Shown piece after piece: positions 59,745-64,000 of a stretch of 64,000 bases of DNA. This stretch comes from Carpediemonas membranifera BICM. Taxonomy: Eukaryota; Protista; Fornicata. The translations under genes were made by a program, and so were the position numbers. The DNA is taken from contig JAHDYR010000006.1 in NCBI GenBank assembly GCA_019828565.1, positions 62,001 to 126,000 of the forward strand. Reading direction: 5' to 3'. Each line of letters begins with the position of its first letter. Position 1 is the first letter of the stretch. Below the pieces are notes generated by a model. The model made no database searches, was not told the origin of the DNA, and worked only from the letters and a program-made list of their open reading frames with translations.

Positions 59745-61070
59745 TCAGTCGCCAATGTCGAAAGTCTCACCAACACCCTCCCTCTTCGCCACTTCCGCCA
59801 CCGCAGCCTCTCTCACAGCTGCCCTGACGTCGATGGGCGACTCCTTGGGGGTCCAGCTTGCAGCAAAGGCGTGGCAGCCGCGGCATTGTCGGACGAGGAG
59901 GGTGAAGGTCGGGTTGACTGAGAGCCGGGCGTTGATACTGTAGATCTGGATCACAGGCGAGTAGTCGGTGCCGTGGCACTTGGGGCAAACTAGCGGCTCC
60001 GAGGGCGACCCGTCTGCATAGCCGAGGACCTTGTCGACTGGGCCGGCAAACCCAAGCAGAGTCGTCTTAGCGGAGAGAATCTCAAGAACATACGGGTAGC
60101 AGCGTCGTAATCTAGCCTCAGTCCAATCTTTCATAGATCTTTCTAAATTAGCAGATCCTTGCGGTAGAGGCAGGTTTGGGTGATCAGGGAACGGCATAAG
60201 CTGCATCACCGCCCGTGCGGGCAGGTACTGAGTGTCGGGTTCGGGCAGGGCCACCTTCAGGGCTGGTGCGGCAGGACTCGGGATGACTCGGACGAGGTGA
60301 GTCATGGAGGGGTTGTGGGCGTGGCTGACTGCGATGTCTTCGTCTCTAGTGTAGAACTTGCGGCACATGAAGAGCTGCATGAGGTGGTGGTCGGCGTGGG
60401 CGGCGTGGGCATTCGTGTTGAAGACGGCGGGGACAACAGCTGGGGCTGGGTCCGTGTTGTATGTCTTGGCAGCCTGGGCGGCTTCCTCCGTGACTTGGTT
60501 GAGGTCGAGCTGGAGCACGAACAGCATCTTGTCGCCACAGAGTTGGCAGCAGGGGTGGGGCTCAGTGCCGTCAATACCACGGTACGGCTGGCCCCCAAAC
60601 CTGCTGCGGCTGGTGATAAACGAGGGCGGGATCGTCACGGTCGCCAGATGCAGGGCCGGTCGGCACCCGCGGCCGGCCAGGGCCCCGTGTTCGTTCTCGA
60701 GTGCTTTGTGCTCTTCGAGGTAGATGCTCCGAGCATCCGCAAGAGCAAGGTTGATGTCTGTGTCGAATATGACGCTGTTTGCGGGTGGACGAGCCCGGTC
60801 CTCTTCAGCAGGGGCCGTCTGGGCATCATTCTGTTGGCACTTGCGAATTGGTCGGCCGGAAACGCTGTACAAAACAGTTTCCTCTTCAACAGACTTAGTA
60901 CGGACTTGTACGGGATCGTTCAGCCGTGTTGGCGGAGGAGAGGGCCCGTCTGCAAGATCCTTGGCAACTGCAGCCTTGAGAACAGCATCTTCCTGCGTTT
61001 TCCTACGAGTTCCTGTCTGTGGAGCAGTATCCACCGGCGCTCTTTCAGTTTTGGACTTCATCTTCCTCAT
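59745..61070 (-). CDS. YwqG/DUF1963- or PDCD2-like zinc-binding protein
   Basis: SRFGGQPY...PCCQLCG..MLFVLQLDL...LMQLFMC and a second half-repeat DKVLGY...CPKC...PVIQI. Confidence 0.55.
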   Translation of the reverse strand: MRKMKSKTERAPVDTAPQTGTRRKTQEDAVLKAAVAKDLADGPSPPPTRLNDPVQVRTKSVEEETVLYSVSGRPIRKCQQNDAQTAPAEEDRARPPANSVIFDTDINLALADARSIYLEEHKALENEHGALAGRGCRPALHLATVTIPPSFITSRSRFGGQPYRGIDGTEPHPCCQLCGDKMLFVLQLDLNQVTEEAAQAAKTYNTDPAPAVVPAVFNTNAHAAHADHHLMQLFMCRKFYTRDEDIAVSHAHNPSMTHLVRVIPSPAAPALKVALPEPDTQYLPARAVMQLMPFPDHPNLPLPQGSANLERSMKDWTEARLRRCYPYVLEILSAKTTLLGFAGPVDKVLGYADGSPSEPLVCPKCHGTDYSPVIQIYSINARLSVNPTFTLLVRQCRGCHAFAASWTPKESPIDVRAAVREAAVAEVAKREGVGETFDIGD

Positions 61071-61201
61071 CGTCGTGCGTCAAGCGCGCAAAAGTGCGGC
61101 AACACACGACTCTTCACAAGACTCCCTCTCGTCTCACGCACTGGGATGTAGCATGTATACCACCCTCACCCAGGCAGGCTATTTATCTCAGTCAGGTTCC
61201 C

Positions 61202-61588
61202 TCACATCTCATCGTCGCTGTCGTCCTCGTCCGCGGCATTGTGCCCGGTAATACGCTCAGCCTCCCAGACCTGTGAGCACATCGGGCAGGTGTGGGTCGT
61301 CTTGAGCCACTTCTGGATGCAATGGACATGGAAGCAATGGCCGCACCGGCCCCATGCAAGCTTGCACTCACTGACATCATTGCCTGCAGAAACACAGTCT
61401 AGGCACCGCTGTGTGATGTGTGTACGGCAAATACCACATTTCTCGTTGTGGAATGCTGTGTTAGGGAAAGAAGCGGAAACTGACTGTAGCGCCACTGAAT
61501 AAGGCTAAATCTGGAATATACAAACCATAGCAACAGCATTGTACTTAAGAAGCTTCACTCTCGGCTTTGTCTCGGCAGCTTCGCTCAT
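61202..61588 (-). CDS. RBX1/APC11-family RING-H2 protein (introns 61495-61525 and 61456-61484; 10-nt exon)
   Basis: Spliced KYNAVAMWRY...CGICRTHI...C.DC...AWGRCGHCFHVHCIQKWLKT..CPMC...W. Confidence 0.88.
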
Positions 61589-61754
61589 TGTAGGCGTTGA
61601 CAGGTTCTGATATTGGTGCAGTTTATGTCCGCAGTGATTTCAAGCCTCGCAATTGCATCCTGGCCCTCTAGTAGCTCACAGCACAGTCCACGATGTGTAT
61701 TGCGCCGGTGCATTATTCTGCGATGCAACCAGACCAATTCCAACAACGGAAATA

Positions 61755-62438
61755 ATGTCTGGGCGAACCCCAGAGGCTGATAGACAGCTACTATATGACA
61801 CACAATCATCCCTCAAGGATATGTTCAGAGCCTACGACCGGCGTCAACGCACGTTTCGCCGTGATCACTCCACAATGGTTGATTCGAACGCCAGCGACTA
61901 CTGTGTCTACGGCAAAGGGCAGGAGTCCCAAGTTCGCTCCTATCTCAAGCAGAAAACCAGCGAGTTAGCGCTTTCTTCCTCACTAAGCCCCCGTATGCCA
62001 GTCATCGTGACGGATCCGCAGGTCATGAGCATGGAATATAGCCGTAAGAAGCAGGTATCGACACTCATGGTCCAGGAGATGCGGGCCCTCCTCTCTCCCC
62101 GTGATTCTCTAGCCACGGAGTCCCGCAAGGCGCAGGTGGAAGGCTTTGCCGAGTCCTACCTTTCACCCGAAGAGAGGGAGAAGTGCGACGACGTCATAGC
62201 TGACCTAGATATGACCAAATACCTGCCACAGGAAGAGATTGATGCTGCCAAGAAACGGTCCAAACGCAGAGGAACCTTGGGCCGCTATCAGGTTATGTCG
62301 ACACAAAGCCAGAAGCTGGACGTGAGCAGGTCGGCCGGCTCTTTCCCTACAATGAAGGGCGAGGAGACAGTGCGGTGGGACTACACGGCAGAGTACGAGC
62401 AGGGGCTGGGCGAGGATGGGGTCAGGACTGTCAGGTGA
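61755..62438 (+). CDS. Hypothetical protein
   Basis: ATG ORF of about 227 aa with genome-typical codon usage; no motif recognised. Confidence 0.5.
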   Translation: MSGRTPEADRQLLYDTQSSLKDMFRAYDRRQRTFRRDHSTMVDSNASDYCVYGKGQESQVRSYLKQKTSELALSSSLSPRMPVIVTDPQVMSMEYSRKKQVSTLMVQEMRALLSPRDSLATESRKAQVEGFAESYLSPEEREKCDDVIADLDMTKYLPQEEIDAAKKRSKRRGTLGRYQVMSTQSQKLDVSRSAGSFPTMKGEETVRWDYTAEYEQGLGEDGVRTVR

Positions 62439-62876
62439 CGGCCAGGCGGCTGAGTGTGGCGTGTTGGTAGTGTGGGTGGTGTTCTCTTATTCTTACTGCT
62501 GAGGGTTGACTGGGTTTGACTTGTCGGTCGAGATTGTGACGGCTGTACAGTTGCTCTGTAAGTGCTCTCGCAAATCAATTTAAACAATCTTTCTCTAGCC
62601 TCACAAGTCTCTTTACCAGTCAACTATGTCTCTGAGAACCGAATCTTCCGGTCTTGGTCAACGCTTGTCACCTGTGCCGCGGGGCAAACACACGGGAACC
62701 ACAAGGCGGTAGCGGCCCAGTCGCGGCGGGTCTATTGCTACCCTAGAATAGCACTGGACGCCTTCATATCTCACGATAAAATACCGCAGATCGTCTGTAT
62801 TTAGCGGGCGAGATTCGCGGCTGAGATTACTGTATCCAGATCTGGTTAGACACAAGTCCCTCAACAAGGCAAGACA

Positions 62877-63998
62877 ATGACGAGTCTCATGACGCAGGAG
62901 CTTCACAACCTCCTTTCAAAGATCGGAACGTACCGACAGATGGACGTGGTCTCTGGGCAAATCCTCGAGTGTTTCCGCACATACAGCAACCTCAAGCCCA
63001 TTCTCGGGGTTATTCCTGCTCAATCAAGCCACTGCGTAGTTCTCCGCGGCACTGTGCCCATGTACTACCGCAACAACAAGTACAATATCCCCGTCGGCAT
63101 GTGGATCCCGACCACATTCCCCTCTTCCCCCCCGATCCCATATGTCCTCCCCACAGGAGACATGTTCATCCGCCCCAACCACCCCCAGGTCGATAAGTAC
63201 GGCAAGGTCACGCTGGACTACATCCACCCACGCAACTGGCGGCCAGGCCAGTCGACTCTGCTCGAGTCGGTCAATCAGCTGTGCATCGAGTTCGGGAAGA
63301 ACCCCCCGGTGAGCTCTGGCCCTTCTCCGAGCTCTGGTTCAGCCCAGCATCATCGCCCCCCGCCCCCGCAGCAGCAGCAGCCAGTATTCCAGCGGCCTGG
63401 GCAGTACCCCGCAGGCCAGTACCAGCATAAGCCGCAGCCCCAGCAGGAGAGAATGATGCTCCTCTCCCAGCTGAGCCAGAAGATGTTCAACGACCTCTCT
63501 GTTAAGCGCTCAGACCTTGTTCGCCACGGTAACACCGTCAGCAAGGAGATTGACAGCAGATGCGGCGAGGTCCAGCAGAAGCAGAGCATGGCTGGCAATA
63601 TGGCACGGGACCACAGCCAGCTGGAGACCTCGATCGGCCGCATGAAGCTTGCTATCGCAGACATTGACCGGCAGATTGCCTCCCTCGAAGCCTCCGCTGG
63701 TCCGGTCGACCCACACCAGAGAAACGCACTGGACGAAGCAACCGACCCCGATAACGCATCCCGCCGCCAGGTATCTCGTCTGACGGCAGAGAACCAGGCG
63801 CTCGAGGACGCCATGTACAAGATTTACGTGGCAATGTGTGACGATGAAGTCGAGCCGATCGACGGCTTGAAGTACATAAGAAAGCTCGCCAAGGAGCAGT
63901 TTTACGACAGGGCGCTGCTGTGGAAGATCGAGAAGACCCGCATGATGATGGCCAGGCGGGGCCAACCCCAGCAACCCCCGAGGCAGGCCGTGCAATGA
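62877..63998 (+). CDS. TSG101: ESCRT-I subunit TSG101/Vps23
   Basis: UEV domain (LRGTVPMYY...YNIPV..W.P..FP..PP..YV.PT..M.I), Pro/Gln linker, coiled coil, SB box (AENQALEDAMY...LKYIRKLAKEQF..RAL). Confidence 0.93.
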   Translation: MTSLMTQELHNLLSKIGTYRQMDVVSGQILECFRTYSNLKPILGVIPAQSSHCVVLRGTVPMYYRNNKYNIPVGMWIPTTFPSSPPIPYVLPTGDMFIRPNHPQVDKYGKVTLDYIHPRNWRPGQSTLLESVNQLCIEFGKNPPVSSGPSPSSGSAQHHRPPPPQQQQPVFQRPGQYPAGQYQHKPQPQQERMMLLSQLSQKMFNDLSVKRSDLVRHGNTVSKEIDSRCGEVQQKQSMAGNMARDHSQLETSIGRMKLAIADIDRQIASLEASAGPVDPHQRNALDEATDPDNASRRQVSRLTAENQALEDAMYKIYVAMCDDEVEPIDGLKYIRKLAKEQFYDRALLWKIEKTRMMMARRGQPQQPPRQAVQ

Positions 63999-64000
63999 GC

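Noticed and set aside
30206-61588. Apparent clustering of ubiquitin-system genes (cullin, RBX-like, HECT/RBR fusion)
   Set aside because: They are tens of kb apart among unrelated housekeeping genes, as expected by chance in a compact genome.
1-64000. CRISPR arrays, rRNA or tRNA genes
   Set aside because: No regularly spaced repeats or recognisable rRNA/tRNA sequence were seen; the DNA is eukaryotic with spliceosomal introns.

Overview
Gene-dense, GC-rich eukaryotic (protist) genomic DNA. It has very short GT-AG introns (28-60 nt, mostly about 30 nt, ending in YTnACRCAG-like 3' ends) and an AGTAAA motif at or just after many stop codons. These traits suggest a fornicate metamonad, possibly Carpediemonas; this is an inference and is not verified. 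About 35 protein genes are recognisable. They include ISWI, a CatSper4-like channel, NOC3, SmD3, eIF4E, CFAP61, cathepsin B, a PIWI-like Argonaute, PP2A B'', IFT20, a cullin, prefoldin 6, cyclophilin, eIF3j, a TBC GAP, V-ATPase B, GDP-mannose pyrophosphorylase, CDKN3, WDR54, a DHHC enzyme, an RBX1/APC11-type RING and TSG101. The most notable observations: (1) an internally deleted, frameshifted Fanzor1 (eukaryotic TnpB-like RNA-guided nuclease) remnant with a structured 3' end that may be an omegaRNA; (2) two cryptic kinetochore candidates, a Spc25-like and a CENP-C-like protein; (3) a 1702-aa WD40-kinase-HECT-like-RBR(Rcat)-like fusion protein; (4) a 1.7-kb near-perfect inverted duplication, GC-enriched in both arms, bracketing about 10 kb that includes items 1 and 3; (5) a stand-alone Prp19 coiled-coil mini-gene near a divergent U-box/RING-coiled-coil-WD40 gene; (6) a 3-nt microexon and hairpin-shortened introns. 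All family assignments come from motif recognition by eye; no searches were run.
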